Shown here in pieces: positions 32,369-43,716 of a stretch of 64,000 nucleotides of DNA. The notes under the pieces were generated by a model, which ran no database searches, was not told the DNA's origin, and worked only from the letters and a program-made list of their open reading frames with translations. The DNA is from an uncultured Gammaproteobacteria bacterium. GTDB lineage: Bacteria; Patescibacteriota; Microgenomatia; Levybacterales; GWA1-39-11. The stretch spans positions 131,269 to 195,268 of the forward strand of contig CAYYLC010000001.1 of assembly GCA_964472415.1 (NCBI GenBank), written 5' to 3'. Each line of letters opens with the position of its first letter. The first letter of the stretch is position 1. The position numbers and the translations under genes are program-made.

Positions 32369-34780
32369 ATGGTTAAAAGAAGCACTTTTCTTGCACTTAT
32401 TATCTTTATTTTTGTAACGGTTTTATTTTTCTATAAAGCGGTTTTTCAGGGTCAAGTCCCGTTTCCAGGCGATTTATTAGTCGGAAATTATGCTCCATAT
32501 AACTCATATTCGTTTATCGGTTATGCACCTGGGAGCTTTCCACATAAAGCACAAAATATTGATGTAGTGGAGCAGTTGTACCCATGGAAGTTTTTTTCTA
32601 TCGAGATATTGAAAAGCTTTGAATTCCCACTCTGGAATCCGTATAATTTTTCTGGCACACCGCATATTGCAGCAATTCAGTCAGGAACGTTTTATCCATT
32701 TAATATTTTATTTTTTATTCTTCCATTTGTCTTGGCGTGGTCAATATTTATTATTCTTCAGCCTATTTTGGCAGGATTTTTTACTTACTTATTTCTTAGA
32801 AAGTTAAAATTACACGTTAGTAGTTGTTTATTTGGCGGGATAGCTTTTGCTTTTTCCTCCTTTTTAGTGGTCTGGATGCAGTATGGAAATATGGTGCATG
32901 CGCTTATTTGGCTGCCCTTGATATTATGGCTAATATTGCATTTGTTCGAAAAACCTTCACTTCTCAAATCAGTAATTTTATCAATGCTTTTATCTTTCTG
33001 TGTTTTTGCAGGACATTTCCAGATTTCATTATATGTATATGTATTTAGTTTTATCTTTGCTCTGTTTGTGTTAATTGCGTTTTATAAAGGCTTTTTTTTC
33101 AGGAGGTTTTTAACAATAGGAAGTATTTATGCTTTCTCACTTTTTCTTTCTGCAATGCAGACCCTTCCATCAATAGAGATATTTCTTGCATCGTCTCGAT
33201 CTGAATATGTTTTAGAAATTTTAGTGGGGTTTCTTATTCCACAATATCACTCTATTTCTGTATTGTTTCCAGATTTTTTTGGAAGTCCTGTGACGAGAAA
33301 CTATTGGCCAACAGGCACCTATATAGAACGGGCAATATATTTCGGAATTATCCCGTTCTTCTTCGCATTATATGCAGTTGTGCGAAATAGAAATCGGTAT
33401 GTATGGTTTTTTATGATAGCAATGCTTGCTGTTTTTCTTATTACGTTCGATACGATTATTACAAAATTTATGTATTCTCTCTATATTCCACCGATAATTG
33501 GCACTTCTGTTCCAACACGACTTATATTTGTTTTTGCATTTTCCGGAAGCGTACTGGCAGCATTTGGATTTAATAGGATATTAGAAGAGAGAAGAGTGCG
33601 ATATTTCCTTATTTCTGCAGGGATTTTAACTTCAATAGTTTTTTCTATATGGTTTTTTGTCTTAGTTTCACCAATTTTATTTATCGAGTATTCATGGTTT
33701 CAGGATATAAAAACTTCGCTTCGTAATATGATAATTCCGACTGGAGTATTAGCAATTGCTCTCGTTGCATCATTTATTTATATAAGACTATTAAGAAGAC
33801 ATTCTAGAAATTCCCTTATCGTATTTACGGTTATCATAATTACATTTACTGCTTTTGAACTTTTTATTTTCTTTCAAAAATTTACGCCCTTTTCTCCTCA
33901 GGAAGCAGTATATCCGAAGAATTCTATGCTTAGTTTTATTAGGGAAAATCAAGATTTTTATAGGAGTTGGGGATATGGATCAGCAAACATTCCAGCAAAT
34001 ATTCAGACCTATGAGGAGATTTATTCAACGGATGGATATGATCCATTTTATATAAAACGATATGGAGAACTGTTATCTACGACAGGTGATGGAAAAGTTT
34101 CTCCAGATATTATGCGAGCAAATGCAAGATTGATCGGAGGGTTTGGAGAAGAAGATTTGAAAAATAATTTTTATCGGCAACGGCTCATGAACCTTCTTGG
34201 TGTTAAATATGTCTATCATAAAAAATCTCAGGATAATCATGCTTTTGATAAGACATTTGATGAAAATACCTATGAACTTGTTTGGCATGATCAGGATTTG
34301 CAAATTTATGAAAATAAAGATGTATTGCCAAGGGCTTTTATTGTGAATGATTATATTCTTCTGAGAGACGGTAATAAAATTATAGATGCGTTGTACGATG
34401 ACACAATGGATCTGTCACAGACTATAATTCTCGAAAAAAAACCCAATATAGAGGCGCAAAATAAGAGAAATGACAATATGGTCACTATAAACAAATATAG
34501 CGGTAATGAGATCGAGTTAGTAGTAGATTCAGAAAGCTCAGGACTCCTATTTTTATCTGATGCATATTTTCCAGGATGGAGCGCATACGTAAATGACGAA
34601 AAGAGGGAAATCTATCGTGCAAATTATTCATTCCGTGCAGTCGAAGTTCCTAAAGGGAAGAGTGTTGTTGTATTCCGGTATGAGCCACAAATGTTTGTCA
34701 TAGGAATATGGATTTCTGGAATTTCATTTGGATTGGTTTCTATTATAATAATATTTGCGATTTTGAGAAGAAAAATATGA
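32369..34780 (+). CDS. YfhO-family membrane protein (GT-C-like glycosyltransferase)
   Basis: LYPWKFFSIEILKSFEFPLWNPYNFSGTPHIAAIQSGTFYPFNILFF; C-terminal LLFLSDAYFPGWSAYVNDEKREIYRANYSFRAVEVPKGKSVVVFRYEP plus a final TM helix. Confidence 0.75.
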   Translation: MVKRSTFLALIIFIFVTVLFFYKAVFQGQVPFPGDLLVGNYAPYNSYSFIGYAPGSFPHKAQNIDVVEQLYPWKFFSIEILKSFEFPLWNPYNFSGTPHIAAIQSGTFYPFNILFFILPFVLAWSIFIILQPILAGFFTYLFLRKLKLHVSSCLFGGIAFAFSSFLVVWMQYGNMVHALIWLPLILWLILHLFEKPSLLKSVILSMLLSFCVFAGHFQISLYVYVFSFIFALFVLIAFYKGFFFRRFLTIGSIYAFSLFLSAMQTLPSIEIFLASSRSEYVLEILVGFLIPQYHSISVLFPDFFGSPVTRNYWPTGTYIERAIYFGIIPFFFALYAVVRNRNRYVWFFMIAMLAVFLITFDTIITKFMYSLYIPPIIGTSVPTRLIFVFAFSGSVLAAFGFNRILEERRVRYFLISAGILTSIVFSIWFFVLVSPILFIEYSWFQDIKTSLRNMIIPTGVLAIALVASFIYIRLLRRHSRNSLIVFTVIIITFTAFELFIFFQKFTPFSPQEAVYPKNSMLSFIRENQDFYRSWGYGSANIPANIQTYEEIYSTDGYDPFYIKRYGELLSTTGDGKVSPDIMRANARLIGGFGEEDLKNNFYRQRLMNLLGVKYVYHKKSQDNHAFDKTFDENTYELVWHDQDLQIYENKDVLPRAFIVNDYILLRDGNKIIDALYDDTMDLSQTIILEKKPNIEAQNKRNDNMVTINKYSGNEIELVVDSESSGLLFLSDAYFPGWSAYVNDEKREIYRANYSFRAVEVPKGKSVVVFRYEPQMFVIGIWISGISFGLVSIIIIFAILRRKI

Positions 34781-36318
34781 AACAGTTCTTAAAATATATA
34801 GTCCCTTATGTAATCCTTATAGTTATTTGTATTCCTGCGCTTTTACCATTTATACATACAGGATTCATTGCTACGGATGACGGTTCTTGGTTGATAATTC
34901 GACTTTCTGCTTTTTATGATTCGTTTCGCGATGGACAATTTCCAGTGCGATTCGTGGAAAGAATAAATTTTGGCTATGGATATCCTGTTTCCAATTTTTT
35001 ATACCCGGGCTATTTATATATAGGTTCGGTGATTCATTTTGTAGGGTTTGGATTTATTGAATCAGTAAAAATATTATTTGGATTATCTATAGTTTTCTCT
35101 GCATTTTTTTCCTACATTTGGTTTCGGAGATTGTTTGGAAAAATAGATTCTCTTGTAGGGTCATTTGTATATTTATATACACCATATCATCTTTTTGATA
35201 TGTATAAGAGGGGATCATTGGGTGAGGCACTTTCTATTTCTGTTTTACCGCTCGCGTTTTATGGAATTGAAAAAGCAAGCACGATCTTGATTGCGCTTTC
35301 CGTATTTTCAATTTTATTGTTTCATAACACGCTTGCCGTTTTATTCATCCCTCTTATTCCTCTATATGCGTTCATGAGAAAGTCTTTTTTAAGATCACTT
35401 CCCGGGATAATTCTGGGAGGACTTATGTCTTCATTTTTTACGATTCCAGCAATTTTTGAGTTACGATACACAAAGTTTTTAGAAACGTCTATCTCAAATC
35501 CATTCGAGTATTTTGCAGACATTCAGTTGATAGGGATCGGTTCTCTAATAATTTTTGTTGGTCTTTTGTTTTTATTGTTTACGATCTATAAGAAGGAGCT
35601 TAATAGAGTTCCATATAGCGGATTCGTGATTCTAATGAGTATAATTTTTATTCTTACTTTATTTTTTAGTTCTTCATTCAGCAAATTTATTTGGGAAAAC
35701 ATAAATTCTTCATGGATCCAATTTCCATATCGATTACTGTCTCTTGTAATTATTGCATCCGCTTTTTTTGCAGCATATATAAGTTATATTCTCTTTAATA
35801 GAATAAAGATTATCGTGGGAATAGTTATAGTTTTTATAACTATTATTTCTGCATATAGTTATTTCACGGCTATTTCTTATACAGATCACCCGGAAGAGTT
35901 TTATACAACAAATGAAGCGACTACTACCATTCATGATGAATACATGCCGAAATGGGTTGAAAGGAATCCTACTAGCAGATATACGAATAAAATTGAAGTA
36001 ATTTCTGGGAGTGTTGCAGTTTCAAATATCTCAGAAAAGTCTAATCTTATTGAATTTCAGACAGTGGTAGCTGAACCATCTGTTATCCGCGTAAATACGA
36101 TTTACTATCCGGGATGGAAAGTTTTTGTGGAAGGTGAGAAGCGAGAGATTAATTATGAAAATGAGCGTGGAGTTATAGAGTTCGAACTAGAGCAATACGA
36201 TGATAGAGTATATATTTCGTTCCAGGAAGATTTTGTGAGAATAATTGCCGATATGATAAGTATCATTGCAGTAATTATCCTGATATATTATATTTCTCGT
36301 CCGCTACTAAAATTCTAA
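34777..36318 (+). CDS. PF10131/COG5617-like (6-pyruvoyl-tetrahydropterin-synthase-related) polytopic membrane protein, predicted GT-C transferase
   Basis: HTGFIATDDGSWLIIRLSAFYDSFRDGQFPVRFVERINFGYGYPVSNFLYPGYLY; ATG overlaps the previous stop (ATGA at 34777-34780). Confidence 0.55.
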   Translation: MKQFLKYIVPYVILIVICIPALLPFIHTGFIATDDGSWLIIRLSAFYDSFRDGQFPVRFVERINFGYGYPVSNFLYPGYLYIGSVIHFVGFGFIESVKILFGLSIVFSAFFSYIWFRRLFGKIDSLVGSFVYLYTPYHLFDMYKRGSLGEALSISVLPLAFYGIEKASTILIALSVFSILLFHNTLAVLFIPLIPLYAFMRKSFLRSLPGIILGGLMSSFFTIPAIFELRYTKFLETSISNPFEYFADIQLIGIGSLIIFVGLLFLLFTIYKKELNRVPYSGFVILMSIIFILTLFFSSSFSKFIWENINSSWIQFPYRLLSLVIIASAFFAAYISYILFNRIKIIVGIVIVFITIISAYSYFTAISYTDHPEEFYTTNEATTTIHDEYMPKWVERNPTSRYTNKIEVISGSVAVSNISEKSNLIEFQTVVAEPSVIRVNTIYYPGWKVFVEGEKREINYENERGVIEFELEQYDDRVYISFQEDFVRIIADMISIIAVIILIYYISRPLLKF

Positions 36319-38000
36319 TGAAAAAAATTACTAGTCTTTTCATAGTTCTTTTTGGAGTATCAGTTTCACTCCCGATACTATTGCCATTACTGCAGGATGG
36401 GTTTTTTACTATCCATGATAATACGCAAGTTGAGCGGGTCTTTGAGATGAAAAATGCGCTTTCTGATGGAAGCTTTCCGGTTCGATGGGTAGAGAACCTT
36501 GGGTATGGATATGGGTATCCGATATTTAATTTCTACGCACCATTTCCATATTATGTGGGTGGATTTATAAACCTAATTCTTCAAAACTCTCTCCTTGCTA
36601 CGAAAATAATGTTTGGGATTGGGATTGTCGGATCATTTTTCTCCATGTATTTATTGGCCCGAAGGTTTACCAATAGTTTGGGAGGAATTGTTGCGGGAGT
36701 GCTTTATCTGTATTTTCCGTACCACGCTATAAATATTTATGTAAGAGGTGCTGTAGGAGAGTATTTTGCATATATTTTTACGCCCCTTATTTTCTTAGGA
36801 ATATACGTTCTGTATGAAAAAATCCAGAAAACAAAAAAAATCCCAGTTTTACAGAGTGTATTATTTTCTATCCCAATTGCATTGGTTATAATATCCCACA
36901 ATTTAACCACTTACATGGTGGGATTATTTTTAATTCCGTACGGAGCTTATTTTTTTATTAGGTCAAATAATAAAAAATATTTTCTTGCCTCTATCCTGAG
37001 TGCGCTAGTTCTTTCATTTTTCCTTGCAGCATTTTATCTATTACCAGCAGTTTTAGAATCTCGATATACTGATGTGGCATCACAAATAGGAGGTGGTGCA
37101 GACTATCCAGATCATTTTGTATGTTTCTCCCAGTTTTGGAGTAGTGATTGGGGTTTTGGTGGATCCATCCCCGGATGTGTCGACGGCTTGAGTTTTGGAT
37201 TGGGAAAATTTAATATTTTATTAGTTTTCCTTGCATTTATTTTCTTTTGTGTCAGATTTATTCGAAAACGAAAAATCACGACTGAAATAATCTTTTGGTT
37301 GCTCTTACCATTTTCGCTATTTCTTATGACTTCTTATTCTCAATTTATTTGGGACACACTTCCTTATATGGAGTATTTGCAATATCCCTGGAGATTTCTT
37401 AATTTTACTGCACTTTTTATTGCAGCTTTACTAGCATTTTTTGTCAAAAATTTTAAGAGCAGAATTCTGAGAATAATAATCTCCCTCTTTATAGTCTCAG
37501 GGGTAGTATATCTTAATTATCAGCATTTTAACCCAGTGGATATAGTCAGCAACTCAAATTCATTTTATGAAAATGAAGAGCATATTAGATTTGATACCTC
37601 AAAGATATCAGATGAATATATGCCTAAAGGATTTAACAAGCCAGAAGAAATTGAAAATGTACCTGAAAAACTAATGCAAGCAGATTCTGAAGATATATCA
37701 TTATTACTAATCAATAAGAAGACAGGATATATAGAATTTTCCAAAGATGGTGATCAGGGGAGAATTTACATTAACCAAGCATATTTCCCGTCATGGAGCG
37801 CATATGTGGATAATCAAAAGGTGGGGTTTGCACGAACTAATAACGGAATGAGTATTGTGCTTTCTGAGGGGATAAGGAATGTCGTATTTAGATTTGAAAT
37901 GACACCAATTCAAGCAACTGGAAATGCATTGAGCATTATTGGAGTAATTGTAGTTTTTGTTGTTATAATAGTGAAAAGAAAGGATTTATATGAAAGATAA
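36318..38000 (+). CDS. PF10131-like membrane protein, paralog of 34777-36318
   Basis: LLQDGFFTIHDNTQVERVFEMKNALSDGSFPVRWVENLGYGYGYPIFNFYAPFPYY; C-terminal AYFPSWSAYVDNQKVGFARTNNG. Confidence 0.55.
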   Translation: MKKITSLFIVLFGVSVSLPILLPLLQDGFFTIHDNTQVERVFEMKNALSDGSFPVRWVENLGYGYGYPIFNFYAPFPYYVGGFINLILQNSLLATKIMFGIGIVGSFFSMYLLARRFTNSLGGIVAGVLYLYFPYHAINIYVRGAVGEYFAYIFTPLIFLGIYVLYEKIQKTKKIPVLQSVLFSIPIALVIISHNLTTYMVGLFLIPYGAYFFIRSNNKKYFLASILSALVLSFFLAAFYLLPAVLESRYTDVASQIGGGADYPDHFVCFSQFWSSDWGFGGSIPGCVDGLSFGLGKFNILLVFLAFIFFCVRFIRKRKITTEIIFWLLLPFSLFLMTSYSQFIWDTLPYMEYLQYPWRFLNFTALFIAALLAFFVKNFKSRILRIIISLFIVSGVVYLNYQHFNPVDIVSNSNSFYENEEHIRFDTSKISDEYMPKGFNKPEEIENVPEKLMQADSEDISLLLINKKTGYIEFSKDGDQGRIYINQAYFPSWSAYVDNQKVGFARTNNGMSIVLSEGIRNVVFRFEMTPIQATGNALSIIGVIVVFVVIIVKRKDLYER

Positions 38001-38703
38001 GATTTCTGAACTCTCTATTTTTTTTCCGTTTTGGAATGAAGAAAAAAATATCCAGAAGGTTGTAGAAGATGCGAGAAAGATTGCAAAAGAAGTTGCGTTA
38101 AAATGGGAGATTATTATGGTTGATGATGGATCTTCTGATAGGACGAAGGAAGAAGGGAGAAAATTAGCAAGAAAATATAGGAATGTGAAGTTAGTATCGC
38201 ATAATCCAAATCGCGGTTACGGGGCAGCTCTTCGTTCTGGACTTCAAAGTTCGCAATATAAATATATAGTTTTTACCGATGGAGATAGGCAATTTGATTT
38301 TTCAGAAGTAAATAAATTCATAGAGAAAATAAAAGATGCGGATATTGTCATAGGATATCGAAAAATGAGAAGAGATAGTTTCTTTAGACATGTCCTTATG
38401 AATATGTTAAAGGTTTGGGACTGTATCTTTTTTAGATTTTATTTTAAAGATATTGATTGTGGATTTAAGATGTTTAAAAAAACTGCTGTTAAAAAAATAA
38501 TGCCTCTCCGTTCAGATGGTGCAATGATAACAACAGAGATTCTTGCGAAGGCAAAAGAAAAGAAGCTCAAAATAATAGAGGTTGAGGTAAATCATTATCC
38601 AAGAAAATATGGTGTGCAGAGTGGGGCAAATATTCCAGTTATTTTTCGTGCAATCTTAGAGAGTTTTATCTTGTGGTTTGATATCAAAAACAAGAGAATC
38701 TAG
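37990..38703 (+). CDS. GT2 glycosyltransferase (Dpm1-like)
   Basis: LSIFFPFWNEEKNI ... IIMVDDGSSDRT ... YIVFTDGDRQFD. Confidence 0.8.
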   Translation: MKDKISELSIFFPFWNEEKNIQKVVEDARKIAKEVALKWEIIMVDDGSSDRTKEEGRKLARKYRNVKLVSHNPNRGYGAALRSGLQSSQYKYIVFTDGDRQFDFSEVNKFIEKIKDADIVIGYRKMRRDSFFRHVLMNMLKVWDCIFFRFYFKDIDCGFKMFKKTAVKKIMPLRSDGAMITTEILAKAKEKKLKIIEVEVNHYPRKYGVQSGANIPVIFRAILESFILWFDIKNKRI

Positions 38704-38722
38704 AAATGTATATACTGAATAT

Positions 38723-40177
38723 ATGGAAAATTTTACATTTGAAGCAATCGCAAAAAAGTCTGTCCATGGTGTTATAGCACTCACATCTCGTACATTTTTT
38801 ATTCAGCTGTTAGGAATTTTCGCAAGCTTTATTTTAACTATCTACCTAGATGAATTTAGCTTTGGAGTTTTTTCTATAGTTTCATCAATTATCATTTTCT
38901 TTAGTTATTTCCAAGATGTTGGCCTTGCTGCATCTCTTATTCAAAAGAAGCAGAAACCAACACTTACAGATTATCGTGCAGTTTTTACTGTTCAGCAAAT
39001 TGTTGTTCTGGTACTTGTTCTGCCAACGTTTATTTTTTCCGGACAAATTGTCTCATTATATGGACTATCTACTAATGGGCAGTGGCTGCTTGTTGCTCTC
39101 TTAGTATCCTTTTTTATAAATTCTCTTAGGACAATTCCTACAGTCATGATGGAGCGGAATTTGCAATATGGTAAATTGGTGCTCCCTGAAATTGTTGAGG
39201 GGATTCTTTATAATGTAGTGTTGATTTTAGGAGCGGTGTTGGGATGGGGCGTGAATAGTTTTACTGCTGCTGTTCTTGTAAGATCCATTGGAGGATTAAT
39301 TGCGACTTATTATATCCAACCATGGAAAATCGGTGTTTCTTTAAATAAAGATTCGCTTAGGGAGCTTTTATCTTTCGGAGTACCATTTCAATTGAATAGT
39401 ATTCTTGCTTTGTTTAAAGATCATTTCTTAACTCTGTATCTTGGTCTTATTCTACCACTCACTCAGTTAGGAATTATCGCATTTGCCCAAAAGTTGGCTT
39501 TTTTGCCCCTTCGGCTCGTGATGGATAATATTATAAAGATTACGTTTCCATCATATAGTAGGCTTCAGGATGATAAGCTTGCTCTTAAAATTGCGATAGA
39601 AAAATCATTGTTCGTAATTTCCTTTTTTATATTTCCAACTGCTGTAATGATTATCATGTTTAGCCCGTTTCTTATCGAATTTATTCCTCGCTATGAAAAA
39701 TGGCAGCCGGCAATTCTCTCTATCATGTTTTTTGCATTAAGTACTGTTTTATCTTCAATCTCCACTCCACTAACGAATTTCTTAAATGCTATTGGGAAAG
39801 TAAAAATTACATTATACTTTATGATTTTTTGGACAGTTGCGACGTGGATTATTACAATCTTTACCGTACAGAGAATGGGATTTAATGGAGTTGCATTTGC
39901 ATCATTTATGGTAAGCCTGAGTTCATTTGCAGTATTTTTTATTGCGAAACGATATTTAGAATTTTCTGTTTTTCGGCCCATTTATAAATCATTTATTGCA
40001 TCAGTTTTTATAGCAGGATTAATTTATGCCCTTTCTTCACATATTGATTCTTTTTTTATTATGATAGGGGTAGGGATTATTAGTGGATTTGTATATTTAG
40101 GGGCTATGTTTTTGATTTCCAGGGAAGAGATTCTTACTACACTTAAATTTGCGAAGAAATCATTCGCGAAAGAGTAG
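38723..40177 (+). CDS. Wzx-type oligosaccharide flippase (MOP superfamily, Polysacc_synt)
   Basis: About 484 aa, around 12 TM helices, typical N-terminal KSVHGVIALTSRTFFIQLLGIFASFIL. Confidence 0.7.
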   Translation: MENFTFEAIAKKSVHGVIALTSRTFFIQLLGIFASFILTIYLDEFSFGVFSIVSSIIIFFSYFQDVGLAASLIQKKQKPTLTDYRAVFTVQQIVVLVLVLPTFIFSGQIVSLYGLSTNGQWLLVALLVSFFINSLRTIPTVMMERNLQYGKLVLPEIVEGILYNVVLILGAVLGWGVNSFTAAVLVRSIGGLIATYYIQPWKIGVSLNKDSLRELLSFGVPFQLNSILALFKDHFLTLYLGLILPLTQLGIIAFAQKLAFLPLRLVMDNIIKITFPSYSRLQDDKLALKIAIEKSLFVISFFIFPTAVMIIMFSPFLIEFIPRYEKWQPAILSIMFFALSTVLSSISTPLTNFLNAIGKVKITLYFMIFWTVATWIITIFTVQRMGFNGVAFASFMVSLSSFAVFFIAKRYLEFSVFRPIYKSFIASVFIAGLIYALSSHIDSFFIMIGVGIISGFVYLGAMFLISREEILTTLKFAKKSFAKE

Positions 40178-40199
40178 TTTTTTTGGATATAATGAGTTT

Positions 40200-41105
40200 A
40201 TGAAGAAATTAAGCATTGTCATTTCCGCCTTTAATGAAGAAAATAATATTGAAGATTGTCTAAAATCTGTTCAAAATATCGCCTCAGAAATAATACTGAT
40301 CGATAACTCCTCAGTTGATGAAACGATTAATATCGCAAAAAAATATACTAATAAAATTTTTTCAAGAAAGAACAATCTAATGTTAAATATTAATAAAAAT
40401 TTTGGAATTTCAAAAGCAACTAATGAATGGGTCCTACTTCTTGATGCTGATGAGCGCATAACAGAAGATTTAGAGAGAGACATAAGAAAAGTTTTAGAGA
40501 ATAATGATGTAAGCATAAATGGGTATTTTATGCCGCGTAAGAACATGATTTTTGGAAAATGGATACAACATACCGGGTGGTATCCAGATAAGCAGCTTAG
40601 ATTATTCCGAAGAAAAAGAGCAAAATTTGCAGAAAAACATATCCATGAAATGATAGAGGTGAGTGGAGAGGTCGGAGAGTTGGAGTCGCCCCTTTATCAT
40701 CTGAACTATGTAAATGTAAGTCAATTTTTGGATAAAATGATTCGTGTGTATACCATCTCTGAGGCAAACAGTTTAATAAATTCTGGATATAAGATTTCGA
40801 TCGCAGATGCTATCTTGATGCCTACGAAAGAATTTGTAAAAAGATTTTTTGCAGAAAAAGGATATAAAGATGGAAGTCATGGATTGATGCTTTCACTTCT
40901 CATGGCGTTTTATCATTTTGTAGTGTTTCTGAGAGTTTGGGAGGCGAAATCCTACCCGGATTCAAAAGATATATTGAAAGAATTTGAATCTGCGCAAAAA
41001 GAATCATTTCGACAGATTAGTTACTGGATGATTACAGAGAAGATTTATTCAGAAAAAAATCCTATTAAAAAGATCCTACAAAAAACTATAAAGAAAATTT
41101 CATGA
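40200..41105 (+). CDS. GT2 glycosyltransferase
   Basis: KKLSIVISAFNEENNIEDCLKSV ... EIILIDNSSVDETINIAKKY ... WVLLLDADERIT. Confidence 0.8.
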   Translation: MKKLSIVISAFNEENNIEDCLKSVQNIASEIILIDNSSVDETINIAKKYTNKIFSRKNNLMLNINKNFGISKATNEWVLLLDADERITEDLERDIRKVLENNDVSINGYFMPRKNMIFGKWIQHTGWYPDKQLRLFRRKRAKFAEKHIHEMIEVSGEVGELESPLYHLNYVNVSQFLDKMIRVYTISEANSLINSGYKISIADAILMPTKEFVKRFFAEKGYKDGSHGLMLSLLMAFYHFVVFLRVWEAKSYPDSKDILKEFESAQKESFRQISYWMITEKIYSEKNPIKKILQKTIKKIS

Positions 41106-42019
41106 TGAGACATATTTCTATTACGATCCTTCATTTTGGAGAAATCTCTATAACTAGTAAATGCCTTGATTCTTTGGAGAAATTAAATCTTCCTAATATA
41201 GGACTTACTGTATTAGTTATAAACAACGACCTCCGTGTCAAATTTCCCGAAAATTCACCATATAAAAATTTTAAACTTCACGTCTTGAATAATAAGGAAA
41301 ACAATGGATTTTCTGGAGGGCATAATCAAGGATTTAGGTTCGCTAGAAGGAATAAGTCTGATTTTCATATAGTTTTAAATAATGATGTATATGTAGATAA
41401 GGATATGATTACAGAGCTCCTCGGATGTTTCAAAAGGTGGCCCACTGCTGGATTAGTATCTCCGAAAATTTATTTTGGGAAAGGGGACGAGTTCCATAAG
41501 AGCAAATATAAAGAAGAAGAGCTAGGAAGGGTGATATGGTATGCTGGGGGAATTACGGATTGGGATAATTTAATAAATCATCATCGGGGTGTAGATGAGG
41601 TAGATCATGGACAGTATGATGATGAGGAAGGTGAGACGGATTTTGCAACAGGTGCGTGTTTCATGATCCCTATGGATTTAGTTCAAAAAGTGAAAGGATT
41701 TGATCATAGATATTTTCTATATTATGAAGATGGCGATTTGAACATGCGAATAAAAAGACTTGGAAGGAAGATTATCTTTTGTCCTCAGTCTATTGTTTGG
41801 CACAGGAATGCAAAATCTTCAGGGTCTGGTTCTGCTTTGCAAGATTATTATATATCGCGAAACCGGATGCTCTTCGGGCTAACCTATGCTCCACTGAGAA
41901 CAAAAATTGCACTATTTCGAGAGAGTATAAAAATATTACTCAGGGGACGTAGGTGGCAAAAAAGAGGAATTATAGATTTCTACTTGAGGAATTTTGGTAA
42001 AGGAAGTTATTCAATTTAA
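41102..42019 (+). CDS. GT2 glycosyltransferase, WbbL/rhamnosyltransferase-like
   Basis: ISITILHFGE ... LVINNDLRV ... FLYYEDGDLNMRIKRLG ... VWHRN. Confidence 0.75.
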   Translation: MMRHISITILHFGEISITSKCLDSLEKLNLPNIGLTVLVINNDLRVKFPENSPYKNFKLHVLNNKENNGFSGGHNQGFRFARRNKSDFHIVLNNDVYVDKDMITELLGCFKRWPTAGLVSPKIYFGKGDEFHKSKYKEEELGRVIWYAGGITDWDNLINHHRGVDEVDHGQYDDEEGETDFATGACFMIPMDLVQKVKGFDHRYFLYYEDGDLNMRIKRLGRKIIFCPQSIVWHRNAKSSGSGSALQDYYISRNRMLFGLTYAPLRTKIALFRESIKILLRGRRWQKRGIIDFYLRNFGKGSYSI

Positions 42020-42024
42020 GTTAT

Positions 42025-43716
42025 ATGGTTAGAAAAATATTAAAGTTTTATCCAATCTATATTGTAGTTATTCTTGGAGTATTGCCATTATTTGATTTAT
42101 TCCATGCAGGATTACCACTTACCCATGATGGAAAAGATCATGTTGTGCGTATCGCAAATTTCTATGCGTCTCTTTCTGAAGGAATTTTAATTCCGAGATG
42201 GGCTGAGAATTTAAATTGGGGATATGGACATCCTGTCATGATGTTTTTGTATCCACTCCCCTCGTATTTCGCATCTTTTTTCCACGTTTTAGGATTCTCT
42301 TTAATTGACTCGCTCAAAATAGTTTTTGGTGTGTCATTTATTTTTTCTGGACTTGGAATGTACATATGGTTGCGAAAATTGCTTGGGATAGAGGCAGGAT
42401 TATTGGGGGCAATTTTATATCTTTTTGCACCATATAGGTTTGTTAATGTATATGTTAGGGGAGCCATAGGTGAGCACGTAGCTTTTTTGTTTATTCCCTT
42501 TATATTATTTTTTATTACTCAGCTATTTTTAGATACGAGAAGTTCATTAAGGTTTTTGATAGTAAACTTTTTGGGAATTGCATTATTTACTGCAGGTCTT
42601 ATCCTTTCTCATAATGCACTCAGTATTTTATTCCTTGCATTTGCAGGGATATATGCAGTCATTATATTTTTCTACAATAGAAACATCATGAAGTTTATTA
42701 CGTTAGGAATTGGGGTATTCTGGGGATTTTTATTATCATCGTTTTTCTGGATCCCGGCACTTATTGAGGGCAAGTATACACTTAGGGATATTGTAACTGG
42801 GGATTCTGAGTACGCATTGCGTTTTGTAGAAACTCCTCTCAAGTTCTTTTCTCCTGAATGGAGTTATGGTATAACCGGTCAATTATCTGTTCAGATAGGG
42901 ATTGTTCATCTCCTTGTTATCGCAATTTCTGTGATTGCTGTTGTGAAACTTACTAAAAAGGAGCCAATGAAAAAGTCGTTGTATATTTTTGCGCTTTTTT
43001 CACTTATTTTTTCCTTATTTATGATGCTGAGAGAATCAAACTTTATCTGGAGTTTTGTTTCAACAATTCAAAAATTTCAATTTCCGTGGAGATTTTTGTC
43101 GCTTACAGTCCTTGCGAGCTCATTAGTTGGAGCATATGCGATACTGCTTGTTAAAAAAGAAAAAAGAATTTTTGGTCTTATATTAGTTGTGGTTTTTGCC
43201 GTTCTCTTTTACGGTTCGTACTGGCGTGCAAATGATTACCTGAATCGTGAGGATTTATTTTTTAAATCAGTTTATGAAGGGACAACAGATACTGGAGAAA
43301 GTGCACCTGTCTGGTCTGTGCGATTTATGGAGGAGAGGCCAGATGCACATATAGAGATTCTTCAAGGAGAAGTGTTCATTCAAGAAAAATCTCGTTCATC
43401 TGTCCTTCATGAGTATAGTATTATCTCCTCCGACTCAGCGCGAATAAAGGAAAATACGCTGTATTTTCCCGGGTGGAATATTTATATAAATAATAAGAAG
43501 CTGAATCCTGATACTGAAATTCAATATCAAGATCCTGCGCATAGAGGCGTCATGACTTTTAATATTGATGAAGGAGAGAGCAATGTTAGAGTTGTTTTTG
43601 AAGATACTAAGTTGAGATTTGTATCAAATGTTATTTCCCTAATTTCATTTATCCTTTTAGGACTAATTACACTTATTGTACTTTTTTCTAAACCTCATGC
43701 AAGAAAAAATTCTTAA
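42025..43716 (+). CDS. PF10131-like membrane protein, third paralog
   Basis: LFDLFHAGLPLTHDGKDHVVRIANFYASLSEGILIPRWAENLNWGYGHPVMMFLYPLPSY. Confidence 0.55.
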   Translation: MVRKILKFYPIYIVVILGVLPLFDLFHAGLPLTHDGKDHVVRIANFYASLSEGILIPRWAENLNWGYGHPVMMFLYPLPSYFASFFHVLGFSLIDSLKIVFGVSFIFSGLGMYIWLRKLLGIEAGLLGAILYLFAPYRFVNVYVRGAIGEHVAFLFIPFILFFITQLFLDTRSSLRFLIVNFLGIALFTAGLILSHNALSILFLAFAGIYAVIIFFYNRNIMKFITLGIGVFWGFLLSSFFWIPALIEGKYTLRDIVTGDSEYALRFVETPLKFFSPEWSYGITGQLSVQIGIVHLLVIAISVIAVVKLTKKEPMKKSLYIFALFSLIFSLFMMLRESNFIWSFVSTIQKFQFPWRFLSLTVLASSLVGAYAILLVKKEKRIFGLILVVVFAVLFYGSYWRANDYLNREDLFFKSVYEGTTDTGESAPVWSVRFMEERPDAHIEILQGEVFIQEKSRSSVLHEYSIISSDSARIKENTLYFPGWNIYINNKKLNPDTEIQYQDPAHRGVMTFNIDEGESNVRVVFEDTKLRFVSNVISLISFILLGLITLIVLFSKPHARKNS